64,000 bases of DNA, taken from the IMG/VR virus record IMGVR_UViG_3300045974_000760, positions 79,217-143,216 of that record; one strand, given 5' to 3'. Position numbers and translations under genes: made by a program. This stretch comes from a virus. Below, one piece after another: positions 25,382 to 34,309 of the stretch. The notes under the pieces are model-generated. The model did no database searches and was not told the origin of the DNA. It was given only the letters and a program-made list of their open reading frames with translations. The stretch's first letter is position 1; every line of letters starts with the position of its first letter.

Positions 25382-28236
25382 TGCATCCGCTGCTGCAAGG
25401 CTTCATCGCAGAGGTTCGCGAAGAACTGCAAAAGGAAGCTGACGATGATGGCTCAGCTGGGCCGCGTAGGGGTGACGGCCCCGGTGCGCGGTGGAAGGCT
25501 GAGCGCGCGGCTGACCCCGCGGTGGCAGCGCGAACAGAGCACATCGTGTCCAAGTATAGCCGCCGTCCTGAGGAGCCTAGCGAGAACCGCTACATCCACA
25601 AGCGCCCAGGGGCCACGCACCTGGGACCGACGTACCAAGGGCGACAGCGGCACGGCATGGCTAGCTTCGAGGTACCAGGCGAGTACCACGACATGTCGCC
25701 GAACGAAGTCGAAGCGCTGAAGCGCCACCCGTTCCGTGACGCTGAGTACGAGCTCGCGAAGAAGCGACAAGATCTCGGAATCCCCGTGAGGCAGAGGCTC
25801 AGTCAAATCGAGCCGCGACAGACCGAGGCAGCGCCAGGCGAGCATCATCTGCCGGACACGCTCAAGGTGATGGAGCAGCACCCGCAAGGCGCGAACCTAG
25901 CCGCCATGGAAGAGCGGGAAGTCGCGAACGCCGTACGCGCTCGTGCTGTAGGTGAGCAGATACAGAAAAGCCAGGAGGCAATGCAAGAAAAGGCGATGCA
26001 GTTCGGCGAACGCGCTGCTGCGCGCGTCGGCTCGGCGGAGGATGCGGCGAAGGCGCTGCGCGCACCTGCGATGGCAGCACCTTTCGCGCTGGCCGGCTTG
26101 GCTGCCGGGCACCACCTTCTGTCGGAGAAGTACAAGGGCAGTACCGGCGAGAAAGTATTCAACCAGGGTCTCACCCCCGCATTGGCAGGCACGGCAATGG
26201 GCATTTCGGCCGGCGGGGTTCTCGGCGCTCTGAAAGGAAAGCCACTGGGGCGTTCCGCTCTGCTTGGTGCGGGCCTCGGGGCAGTTGGGGGCGTCGGCTT
26301 GGATCAGGCAATGCGCGCGATGAATACAGGCGCAATGCTCGACAAGTCGCCGCGGCAGATTCGAGAGCATATCGAGAAGCAGCGGCTCGTTCCTGCTATG
26401 AACGCTGGCACAAACGCACTGTCTGGAGGGGTAGTGGCGGGTACATCCGCGCTGGCACTACACTCAATGGGTGTTGCGCCGAAGTGGACAGTACCTGCAG
26501 CGGCCGTGGGCGGCGCTGCACTTGCCGGTAGTCTCGGGTATCACTACGGGCGCACAGCACTCGACCAGCTCAAGGAACGTGCACAGTTGTTTGGCGTGGA
26601 CCCGGAGATGAAGACAGCGAGCCTCTTCGTTGACAACGGGGCGCTGCGTCGCGGTGTGTTTCCGGCAATCGGTGAGGAGGCTGCTCGCGTAATGCAGTCG
26701 AAGGCCCCCACGTCTTCGTTGCCTGACAAGTTTCGGCGTTTCGGTAACTATTTGGAGCAGAACGTACACCTGCCTGAAGAGATCGCAGACGCAGCTCCGG
26801 AGAAGCTGACGCGCGTTCAGCGCGCCAAGCAGGTACTGCTCGGTTATCGCCCAGCAGCACTGCGTGAGCAGTACGAATCCGTGGCACCGGGACCGGAGAA
26901 GGAGAAGCTGCTCAAGGCGTTGACGCGCGAGGACTCCAACACCGGAATGGCCCGCGCTGGACTAGGTTCTGTGGCGGCTCCATTGGCGGCCGGTAGTATG
27001 TACGCCGGATATCGCGGGGCGAAGAAGTTCATTCCCTCTGTTGACATGAAGTACACCGGAGAGAAGGGCAACGCGAGTGAGGAGGAGATTGCGCGGCGTA
27101 AGGAGCTTGTGGGGGCATCAGGCACTCTCACGGCCGATGTCGCGGACCGGCTCAACACCGACAAGGGCTCGACCAGCAAGGTCACGCTTCAGGATGCTAC
27201 CGATGTCGCGAAGGGCACTGGCGGCGCAGCCGCGCTGACGCGCTACACAGGCAACTCTTCTCTCTCTCGTTTGTTGGGCGTAGAGACCGGCTATCACGGC
27301 ACCACGCCAGAGGCAGCGCAGAAGATCTTGGCTACGGGGCTGGACCCAGCCTTCGGTGCGCGAGAGGGCGGGGCTACACGGCGGCTTGTGGCGCAGAGCA
27401 ATGTCGCCGCGGCGCTGCGCGGGGAGAAGCCTATGACGAGGGAGGACATTCACCGCCTCAATCCGGCACAGGCTGCGCACGTACTTGATGCGCATTTGGG
27501 CTACGGCGGCGAGCATCTGGCGGACGAGATTGAGCCGAAGATGCCGCTGATGACGCAGAGCCATGTACCCATCAACACGGAGCAGTTTGTGGATAACGCT
27601 CGCAATCGAACCTACATCGCGCGCGGCGAGCCAGGCATGTACGCTGCGGCGCAGTACGCATCGATGCAGGACCCTCTGGTAGCACGGCGCATGAAAGCGG
27701 AGGGAGGCGCGCATTTGGCGGACGCAGCGGAGCGGCGTGATATCGGGGGGATGGGTAAGGGCTTGTCCGAAGTGGCGTCCGCTCCGATGCGTGCAAGGGC
27801 CGAGATGATGAGTGATGTGCCTGGCAAAGGACGCGTTGTAGCCATGGCGATGCCGATGGAGAAGTTCGAAAAGAACTTCGAGTTCGACGGAGACGACGCG
27901 ACCCGTTTTCAGCATGGCTTTCGAACGGTGCGAGATGAGCAAGGCAAGGGCGTCCCTCTTATCGGTAAGGAGCACCTCAACCTCGGGGAGGTTACGACGG
28001 GCAACATCGTGCGTAACCGCTCCAAGGACATGATGGGTTACATCAAGAAGCACCCGGGTCGCTTCGCTGCGGGTGTCGCAGGTACGGGCCTCAACGTAGC
28101 GGCACACGGGTACAACCTTGCGCACAACATCATCCCAACCGTGGGCAAGATGATTCCAGACGCGGTCAAGGACAAGGTTCGGTCCATGATGCCCACCATC
28201 GCTTCCCCCGAGACCGCCTCGGCCCCTGAGCAGTGA
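25381..28236 (+). CDS. Large multidomain protein: glycine zippers plus ADP-ribosyltransferase-like domain
   Basis: GYHGTTPEAAQKILATGLDP...TYIAR...AAQYA; leader GFIAEVREELQKEA. Confidence 0.75.
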   Translation: MHPLLQGFIAEVREELQKEADDDGSAGPRRGDGPGARWKAERAADPAVAARTEHIVSKYSRRPEEPSENRYIHKRPGATHLGPTYQGRQRHGMASFEVPGEYHDMSPNEVEALKRHPFRDAEYELAKKRQDLGIPVRQRLSQIEPRQTEAAPGEHHLPDTLKVMEQHPQGANLAAMEEREVANAVRARAVGEQIQKSQEAMQEKAMQFGERAAARVGSAEDAAKALRAPAMAAPFALAGLAAGHHLLSEKYKGSTGEKVFNQGLTPALAGTAMGISAGGVLGALKGKPLGRSALLGAGLGAVGGVGLDQAMRAMNTGAMLDKSPRQIREHIEKQRLVPAMNAGTNALSGGVVAGTSALALHSMGVAPKWTVPAAAVGGAALAGSLGYHYGRTALDQLKERAQLFGVDPEMKTASLFVDNGALRRGVFPAIGEEAARVMQSKAPTSSLPDKFRRFGNYLEQNVHLPEEIADAAPEKLTRVQRAKQVLLGYRPAALREQYESVAPGPEKEKLLKALTREDSNTGMARAGLGSVAAPLAAGSMYAGYRGAKKFIPSVDMKYTGEKGNASEEEIARRKELVGASGTLTADVADRLNTDKGSTSKVTLQDATDVAKGTGGAAALTRYTGNSSLSRLLGVETGYHGTTPEAAQKILATGLDPAFGAREGGATRRLVAQSNVAAALRGEKPMTREDIHRLNPAQAAHVLDAHLGYGGEHLADEIEPKMPLMTQSHVPINTEQFVDNARNRTYIARGEPGMYAAAQYASMQDPLVARRMKAEGGAHLADAAERRDIGGMGKGLSEVASAPMRARAEMMSDVPGKGRVVAMAMPMEKFEKNFEFDGDDATRFQHGFRTVRDEQGKGVPLIGKEHLNLGEVTTGNIVRNRSKDMMGYIKKHPGRFAAGVAGTGLNVAAHGYNLAHNIIPTVGKMIPDAVKDKVRSMMPTIASPETASAPEQ

Positions 28237-28243
28237 GCCCCGC

Positions 28244-28640
28244 ATGACTCGACCTGAAGAGCAGCTGACCACACGTCGCGAGGTTATCCGAGACATCGAC
28301 CGTCACGAGGACACCTGGCGCGGTGTGGTTTCGCAGGTTCAGGGCGAGAAGAAGCGGACGGCCAAGGACATAGCGAACAAGAGTAAGTGGGGGCCGCGCC
28401 TTGTGGTGCCCGGCGCAGTCGCAGGGCTAACGGCGGGTGTTGTGGCTCCTAGTCTTCTGTCCACGGAGTTGATGCGGCGCGGGTACAAGGGACTGGGTAC
28501 CGCGGCAGCGATTATGACGCCCGCCACTGCTTTTGGCGGCGCGCTCTACGGTGGTATTGGCGGCTACCGCCTCGGCGACAAGATTGATGACACACCTCAG
28601 CGCGACGCGCTGCGGGAGCATTTGAGCAATCTCTCCTCCT
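28244..28640 (+). pseudogene. Glycine-zipper gene apparently truncated at a junction
   Basis: Plausible protein to about 28640, then runs out of frame over the helicase fragment to 28906. Confidence 0.45.
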
Positions 28641-29039
28641 ACGGGCGACATCGACAAGAAGACCCGCGACCAGCTCGTGCGGGATTACAACGAGGACAAG
28701 CTCAAGGCACTGCTCGTCTCTTCGGCGGGCGGGGAAGGCCTCGACCTCAAGGGCACCCGCCTCGTGCAGATGCTCGACCCACACTGGAACAACGAGAAGC
28801 TCCGTCAGGTGGAAGGCCGGGCCATTCGCTACAAGAGCCACGACCACCTGCCCGAGGAGGAGCGCAACGTCACCATCAACAACTACCTGGCGACGCGCCC
28901 TCGTAAGGGCATCCTCGAGAGCTTGCACATCTCCGACCCGGGCCTTGGTGCGGACCAGTACCTGACGCGACGGTCTGGCGAGAAGGACAAGCTGATCGAC
29001 CAGTTCAAGGGGCTGCTCCCGAACTCGAAGAAGAGCTAG
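28641..29039 (+). pseudogene. C-terminal fragment of an SNF2/SF2 helicase
   Basis: TGD...RDQLVRDYN...LLVSSAGGEGLDLKGTR...DPHWN...QVEGRAIR; no N-terminal ATPase lobe. Confidence 0.75.
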
Positions 29040-29177
29040 GACATTGTACGCCCCTCCCGCTTTTCGATAGGGGCGCTACGTCTCTTTCTCTCGCTGAAAT
29101 ATTGAGCGCGAAGCCGGAATAACAACCGTGCGCGCCCACTACTTTCAGTCGGGCCAAACGAAAGAGACCAGCCAAAA

Positions 29178-30116
29178 ATGTCCAGCAAGAAGCCCAACAA
29201 AGCAGCACCCATCGCAGCCGCCAAACAAGCCGAAGTCATTCAAGCCGCAAGCGAGCGGGTGAAGGGGCTCAGCATCGACACGGTGCTCGAGACCGCAGCA
29301 GCCCTACGAAGCAGCTTGAACAAGAAGGTGGATGAGATTGCCCAGGTTACGCAGAGCAAGCTCGGGGATGTTGCCGCTCTCGACATCGTCATCGCGGAGC
29401 GCAAGTCGACCATCTCCCGCTTGGCGGGCATCGACGCAGAGCTCGAGGGGTACGAGGCGAAGAAGGCGGACCTCGAGGCAGAGCTCACCGACCTCGAGGT
29501 GAAGAAGGTCGACCTCGAGAGGCAGCTCGCTGACGAGGACACGGCACGTGCGGCCCGCATCAAGCGGGAGGAGGAGCTGATTGCCCTCTCCCGCAAGCAG
29601 GAGAAGGAGGCATACGACTACAACATTGCGAAGGCGCGACGGGACCTCGAGGATGCGTTCCGAGCCGACCTCGAGAAACGCAAGCGTGAGGAGACGCTTC
29701 GCCGGGAGGACTGGGAGCGCCTCCTCAACCGCGAGAAGAACGACCACGAGGCGTGGCTTGCCTCGGGCAACATCGAGAAGATTCGCAAGGAGATGGAGGA
29801 CGGCTTCACGCTCCAGCTCACGACGTCTCTCAACGCCCTCCGCTCTGACCTGACGGACAAGGCGAAGGATGCGGCGCGTCTTGCAGCCTCCCAGCTCGAC
29901 AGCGTCAAGAGCCAGCTCGATAGCTCGAACGCGCAGCTCAAGGCGGCCAACCTCGAGCTCGAGCGTCTGCGTCTCGAGAACGCGGCGGCAGGGGCCCGTA
30001 TCGAGAGCATCGCCGTCAAGGCGGTGGAGGGGGCGGCCTCTCGCGAGGGCTTCGCCAACCGAGTCGTCGAGACGGCGTTGCAGCAGCCGACGGTTCAGCC
30101 GCGCACCACGCGCTGA
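29178..30116 (+). CDS. Long coiled-coil protein
   Basis: Heptad-rich; REEE..YDY and IAVKAVEGAAS motifs; strong codon bias. Confidence 0.85.
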   Translation: MSSKKPNKAAPIAAAKQAEVIQAASERVKGLSIDTVLETAAALRSSLNKKVDEIAQVTQSKLGDVAALDIVIAERKSTISRLAGIDAELEGYEAKKADLEAELTDLEVKKVDLERQLADEDTARAARIKREEELIALSRKQEKEAYDYNIAKARRDLEDAFRADLEKRKREETLRREDWERLLNREKNDHEAWLASGNIEKIRKEMEDGFTLQLTTSLNALRSDLTDKAKDAARLAASQLDSVKSQLDSSNAQLKAANLELERLRLENAAAGARIESIAVKAVEGAASREGFANRVVETALQQPTVQPRTTR

Positions 30117-30143
30117 GATATTCGCGTCGGCGAGAAAATGTCA

Positions 30144-30174
30144 AAGCCCTCTTCCGAGGGCTTTTTCATTAGCT
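30144..30174 (+). terminator. Intrinsic terminator (possibly bidirectional)
   Basis: AAGCCCTC-TTCC-GAGGGCTT plus TTTCATTAGC. Confidence 0.75.
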
Positions 30175-30177
30175 ATG

Positions 30178-30248
30178 CGGTTCTGGCTGGAGTCGAACCA
30201 GCTTCCGGGAAGTTAGAAATCCTTGTTCGGCCGTTGAACTACAGAACC
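30178..30248 (-). tRNA. tRNA with CUA anticodon (putative amber suppressor); Arg(TCT) register pairs worse
   Basis: Perfect acceptor, D and T stems; canonical numbering gives U32 U33 C34 U35 A36 A37; anticodon stem has 3 WC pairs. Confidence 0.7.
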
Positions 30249-30303
30249 TTGGTGCTCCCGAGTACGCCGTCGCGAAGGTGGGAGCGGGGCCGTCTCTACA
30301 ACA

Positions 30304-30627
30304 TCAACGAGCGAGTGCAAGAGGAAGTTTGCGCACCAGCTTACTGCTCTTGTTGCCTGGCTCGAGCGCGAAGGCGGTCAAGCTGTTGTTGAGGTCGGGC
30401 TCGAAGAAGAGGGCCGTACGGAGGCCTCGTAGACTCGCCTCTTCAGCCAGCCGGCGGAGCTACGTTTCGTCAGGCACGGATAGAACTGCGAGCGTGTTAC
30501 TAGCGGCATACCAGCTCTCCTCCAGATCGCGATGGTGAGCTTGAAACACACGGCACGCATGACACGCTTGAGCGACTTGGAGACCGGGAGGCAGATCTGC
30601 TCTGACGATGACATAAAGTTTCTCCAT
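30304..30627 (-). CDS. Pth2-like peptidyl-tRNA hydrolase with in-frame TAG at codon 56
   Basis: KLYVIVRADL...AQACHA...VPDET*LRRL...FEPDLNNSLTAFAL...LPLAL; family motifs on both sides of TAG 30460-30462. Confidence 0.85.
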
Positions 30628-30904
30628 CGGCGTACTCCTCATTCTCAAGGATGGGCCGTTCAACTCGGATGTAACTCTCAAGCGCAGTCACATCAGCAAG
30701 AAGATCGCAGCCTTCCTTGTGCTTACAATCTGCCTTCTTGGTGGTGCGCGTGTCGTATCTCGCTCGACAAGAATCGCAGAGATAGTCGTACCCGACGACG
30801 CAGCAACGCATCGTCACGGGCGACTCCTTCCACATCTCCTCCTTGGCGCGGTCGACCATCCGCTCGATCCGATCGAGCAGCTCTAGGTCCATCGACGACA
30901 TCAC
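30614..30904 (-). CDS. Cys-rich hypothetical protein (ends at TTA)
   Basis: CxxC...H...C; in-frame TTA overlaps the pth2 start by 14 nt. Confidence 0.55.
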
Positions 30905-31260
30905 TCCGCTGCCTCGTCCTTCTTGTACGGCACCTTCACGCGAGGCGGAGGAGCGGGGATCGCCCCTTCCTTGTTCGCGAGCCAGGTTGTCAGCGCCTCT
31001 TTCGATACGTCTGCTTCCCCGATCATCGCGTCGCGGAAAACGATGACGAGTAGAGAGATATTCGGGAAGTTATGCTCGAACCCGTTCTCCTTCTGCACCT
31101 TGTGGGAACGCTCGATACGTCGGTACGGGAAACCACGTATGAAGCCCCAAGCAAGATTGCCGTACCGGCCTTCTTCCTTGCAGTGCTTACGGAACGACTT
31201 GTGGAACGCCTTGATCTTCTCTTGCTCTTCAGCTGGCAACTGCTTGTAGTTCTCGAACAT
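30901..31260 (-). CDS. Hypothetical protein, first gene of the amber-gated operon
   Basis: LAWGFIRGFPYRRIE; GAGAGGA RBS. Confidence 0.75.
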   Translation of the reverse strand: MFENYKQLPAEEQEKIKAFHKSFRKHCKEEGRYGNLAWGFIRGFPYRRIERSHKVQKENGFEHNFPNISLLVIVFRDAMIGEADVSKEALTTWLANKEGAIPAPPPRVKVPYKKDEAAE

Positions 31261-31347
31261 GGTTGTAGTCCTCTCTATTGAAGGTTCTTGTTGTGGAGTC
31301 AACAACAAGCAACTGGGAGGACCACGAGGCAGCTAGAAGAAGTGCAT
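31261..31347 (-). promoter_or_regulatory. Leader: uORF MHFF-amber plus RBS-sequestering hairpin
   Basis: ATG CAC TTC TTC TAG in frame with ATG 31260; GTGGTCCTC/GAGGACTAC outer stem and CTTGTTGT/ACAACAAG inner stem. Confidence 0.7.
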
Positions 31348-31356
31348 GACTCACCG

Positions 31357-31384
31357 AACATAACACGCGTACTTCGCCGCGCAA
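31357..31384 (-). promoter_or_regulatory. Sigma70-like promoter for the minus-strand operon
   Basis: TTGCGC-16nt-TATGTT with extended TG. Confidence 0.5.
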
Positions 31385-31429
31385 TATCGCGAGGCAATGT
31401 CCGGGATAAGGAAGCTGAAAGGAGGTCTT

Positions 31430-32539
31430 ATGGATGAGGATTTGGATGAACGAGACGCCATGTACCGCGACACGTTGTACATCCACACGTGGAGCTTTAT
31501 TGCCGCGCAGATGGAAGGGCGGCCGGTCGTAGACCAGTGTGTGGTCTACGCGTCGGAGAGTGAGCCTCATGTCCACATTCTGGACAAGGGCGCGTTCGTG
31601 AACCCGCGTAACGTGTTGATTTTCCAGCCCGATGAGGAGGTGGCATTCGAGGCGTACGAGATTGGTGAGCCGCTCGGGATGAAGGTGATTCGCGGGGAGT
31701 TCGAGGAGATCTACCTTGAGTGCCGGAGAAGGGCAGGGCTGATGTTCTTCGAGACGGGCTCTCCGGCACCAGAGCGGGTTGGGCAGCTGCGCCACATCAT
31801 CACGCAGGTTCTTGATACACGCGCCCTACTCGCAGTCTTCATCCCCAAGCCCACCGAGGAAGAGCTCGATCATGCGGTGGCGTACATGAAGCGCGTCCAC
31901 ACCTATGACTACGAGGGCAAGGCGCTCGAGAAGGCTTTCACGCGCGGTGGGGTAGAAGAAGTCAATTACCTGCTGAACGCGGTGGGGATGAACGGACTGC
32001 CCGAGGACGTCTTCACCGCACTCAGCGAGAAGAGCCGTACGTTGTCCATCAACGGACTCGTCGACATGTACCACCCAGCAGTCCACGCCAGCATCGAGGC
32101 TAAGCGCCGCGACTCACCCTGGGTGCTCTACGCACGAGCTCTACGTGAGACGGTCTGGGACGAGATCGGAATGGCGTACCGCATCGGGGTCCAGGGAATC
32201 ATCTACTCGGAGGTCATCTCCGCAGGTGTACTGCTTTTCGACGTGACGCGCTTCGGCAGTTCGAAGCAAGCACAGAAGCAACGCAAGACAGCCGCGCAGC
32301 TTGTAATGCGCCTTTTCAACATCGACACCAGCATCGATCAGAAAGAAGAGACCAAGAACCATGGCACGATCTCCAATGCAGTCCGCCGACGTTTCGCAGA
32401 CCTCCACGAGCTCCAATGCAACGCCCTCCGTCGCGAAGCTGGTCTTGGTGTGGAGCTGCATGCCCCTGAAGATGTTGCGGGGCTCGGGGACGATGAAGTT
32501 CATCGAGGAGGAAGTGGGCCTCGAAGCCCACATCGTTGA
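31430..32539 (+). CDS. Hypothetical protein
   Basis: AAGGAGG RBS after GGGATAAG motif. Confidence 0.75.
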   Translation: MDEDLDERDAMYRDTLYIHTWSFIAAQMEGRPVVDQCVVYASESEPHVHILDKGAFVNPRNVLIFQPDEEVAFEAYEIGEPLGMKVIRGEFEEIYLECRRRAGLMFFETGSPAPERVGQLRHIITQVLDTRALLAVFIPKPTEEELDHAVAYMKRVHTYDYEGKALEKAFTRGGVEEVNYLLNAVGMNGLPEDVFTALSEKSRTLSINGLVDMYHPAVHASIEAKRRDSPWVLYARALRETVWDEIGMAYRIGVQGIIYSEVISAGVLLFDVTRFGSSKQAQKQRKTAAQLVMRLFNIDTSIDQKEETKNHGTISNAVRRRFADLHELQCNALRREAGLGVELHAPEDVAGLGDDEVHRGGSGPRSPHR

Positions 32540-33131
32540 CCCCAAGGACAAGGGGAAAATCGACCCCGGGCAGTACGCCGGGGTCATCGCAATGCGGCCC
32601 ATGATGGGCGCGCCCGCCAAGGGAAAAGTAGAGCGCGTCTCCTCAGCCGGAGGATTCGACGTCCTGTGGCTCGACCACCAAACCTCCCACCTCACGGAGC
32701 ATATGAGGAACGTCATCCGGCGTATGGCGGGCGAGACACCTGTGGAGGTCGAGGCCCCCAAGCTCGCGCTCGCCCCCCCGGCGGAGGTCCACATCCCTGT
32801 GCCGATGAACTACCTCCCACAAGTGGAGGTGTCCGAGAGCGAGCAGAGCGTTATGCTTGCCCTCTACGAGAAGGAGAACAAGGAGCTCGGCGAAGAGCTG
32901 CGCGCGGTACGCGAAGAGGCAGAAGCCGCTCATACGCGCGGTAATTACCTCGCCGCAGAGAACGATCGCCTGACCCGCTCTCTTGCTGAGGCGAACGCCA
33001 CAATCGACAGTATGCAGGAGCTGAAGAAGGCAGCGAAGGCATTGGCTCCCTTCCGCACGTTGCTCGAGCAGGGGGTCATGACGAAACAGCAAGTGCAAGA
33101 GCACATCTTGCGCTTGATCGACTTCGGCTAG
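32361..33131 (+). CDS. Hypothetical protein with C-terminal coiled coil (start uncertain, 32361 or 32493)
   Basis: ORF; heptads. Confidence 0.65.
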   Translation: MARSPMQSADVSQTSTSSNATPSVAKLVLVWSCMPLKMLRGSGTMKFIEEEVGLEAHIVDPKDKGKIDPGQYAGVIAMRPMMGAPAKGKVERVSSAGGFDVLWLDHQTSHLTEHMRNVIRRMAGETPVEVEAPKLALAPPAEVHIPVPMNYLPQVEVSESEQSVMLALYEKENKELGEELRAVREEAEAAHTRGNYLAAENDRLTRSLAEANATIDSMQELKKAAKALAPFRTLLEQGVMTKQQVQEHILRLIDFG

Positions 33132-33143
33132 AATGGGCGGGGT

Positions 33144-33386
33144 ATGGACCCACATAAAGTAGCCGCGATGCGAATCGTGGCCGTTCCTTGTACCCGGGAA
33201 GAGATGACCGCCAAGCTCACAAGTATCCGTAGCGACTTCCACCGCGACGGCTTCGTGGTGAAGCAGGCAGTGCAGCGGCCCGGACGTATCCACGGGCATC
33301 GCTGCGAAGTACTCTCCGTCACGGGCATCAAGGAACTCGACAAGCGCCTACAACCGCTGCCACGCTCTGCGGATGGCAACGGATAA
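33144..33386 (+). CDS. Hypothetical protein
   Basis: ORF after TAGAAT box. Confidence 0.5.
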   Translation: MDPHKVAAMRIVAVPCTREEMTAKLTSIRSDFHRDGFVVKQAVQRPGRIHGHRCEVLSVTGIKELDKRLQPLPRSADGNG

Positions 33387-33681
33387 AGAAGGCACCGTAG
33401 AACAACAGAACCTCGAGTTCCGCCGCGCTATCCAATCCGCGTACACCACGGTGCAAGCCGCCGAGGCGTCACGTGGATTGGGTAGTGTGACGTACGAGGA
33501 GCTGATGCAGCAGCAGGTGGACATGATTGAAGGTTCGGGGACAGATACGCGCCCCAGCATCCTTCAACGCATCGACCGGGTGGAGGCCGACATCCTTGCC
33601 GTGGTTGGGCAGGTGAAGGAGCTACCGGTCGAGTACGTCCTCCAGCCGAACGGGGAGCTGGACGCCAACACAGCACCTTGA
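33373..33681 (+). CDS. Hypothetical protein
   Basis: ORF. Confidence 0.6.
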   Translation: MATDKEGTVEQQNLEFRRAIQSAYTTVQAAEASRGLGSVTYEELMQQQVDMIEGSGTDTRPSILQRIDRVEADILAVVGQVKELPVEYVLQPNGELDANTAP

Positions 33682-33688
33682 GGGGTGC

Positions 33689-34261
33689 TAACTCTTCGGG
33701 GAGTTTCGGAGGTGCGACGCGGCCGGGGATTGTCTGGGAGAAGTTCCAGCGGGCGACGGCCTTCGGCTCATCAGCCTGGCAAGTCCCCAGGGTGTAGCCG
33801 CTGAGGTTCCCGCAGGCGCCGATGCTTTGCTTCAACATGCGGTGAGCCGCACGGAGGCACTTCTTGCGGTCGGCGATCAAGTCAGCGCCGGACCACCCTT
33901 CAGCTGTCTTACCTTCGCCGATGTGAATCTGTGCGAGGCAGAAAGAAGTGGCTTTGCCTTTCCACTCATCGCAGGCGCCCTTGATGCATTTGCCATCGTC
34001 GACATCCTTGCGGTACCCCGACTCGAAGAAGGTGACGGCAATCAACAACTGGGCAGTTTGGATGCGTCCGTTTTTGCCCTTGAAGATTGGTTCTTCTTCC
34101 GCCACAACCGTAGCCATGTCGCGCGCAATACTGTTGTAGCGCGCCTTAGCTTGTTCTACCGTCTCGTTGTGCGGGTAGTGCTTCGCCCACGCGACACGCT
34201 TCTCTACAGGTGAAATCAGCAACATCACCGAGAGGATCCAAGTAGTGAGTAGTTCAATCAT
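33689..34261 (-). CDS. Lytic transglycosylase (SLT-like) with N-terminal hydrophobic segment (ends at TTA)
   Basis: FFESGY catalytic-type motif, CLAQI, LSGY; TTA ends it 7 nt from the convergent gene's stop. Confidence 0.65.
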
Positions 34262-34309
34262 CGGACCGAAAGAGGTAGTAGGTCCCGCCACGCTGTCAAC
34301 TGAGGAATA

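Noticed and set aside
30178-30248. tRNA-Arg(TCT) assignment
   Set aside because: That register leaves the anticodon stem with no Watson-Crick pairs and shifts canonical numbering. It is disfavoured but not fully excluded.
31430-32539. Further evidence for the TTA stop
   Set aside because: The overlap with the 32361 ORF contains no in-frame TTA; it is unexplained unless the next gene starts at 32493. Recorded as a non-supporting case.
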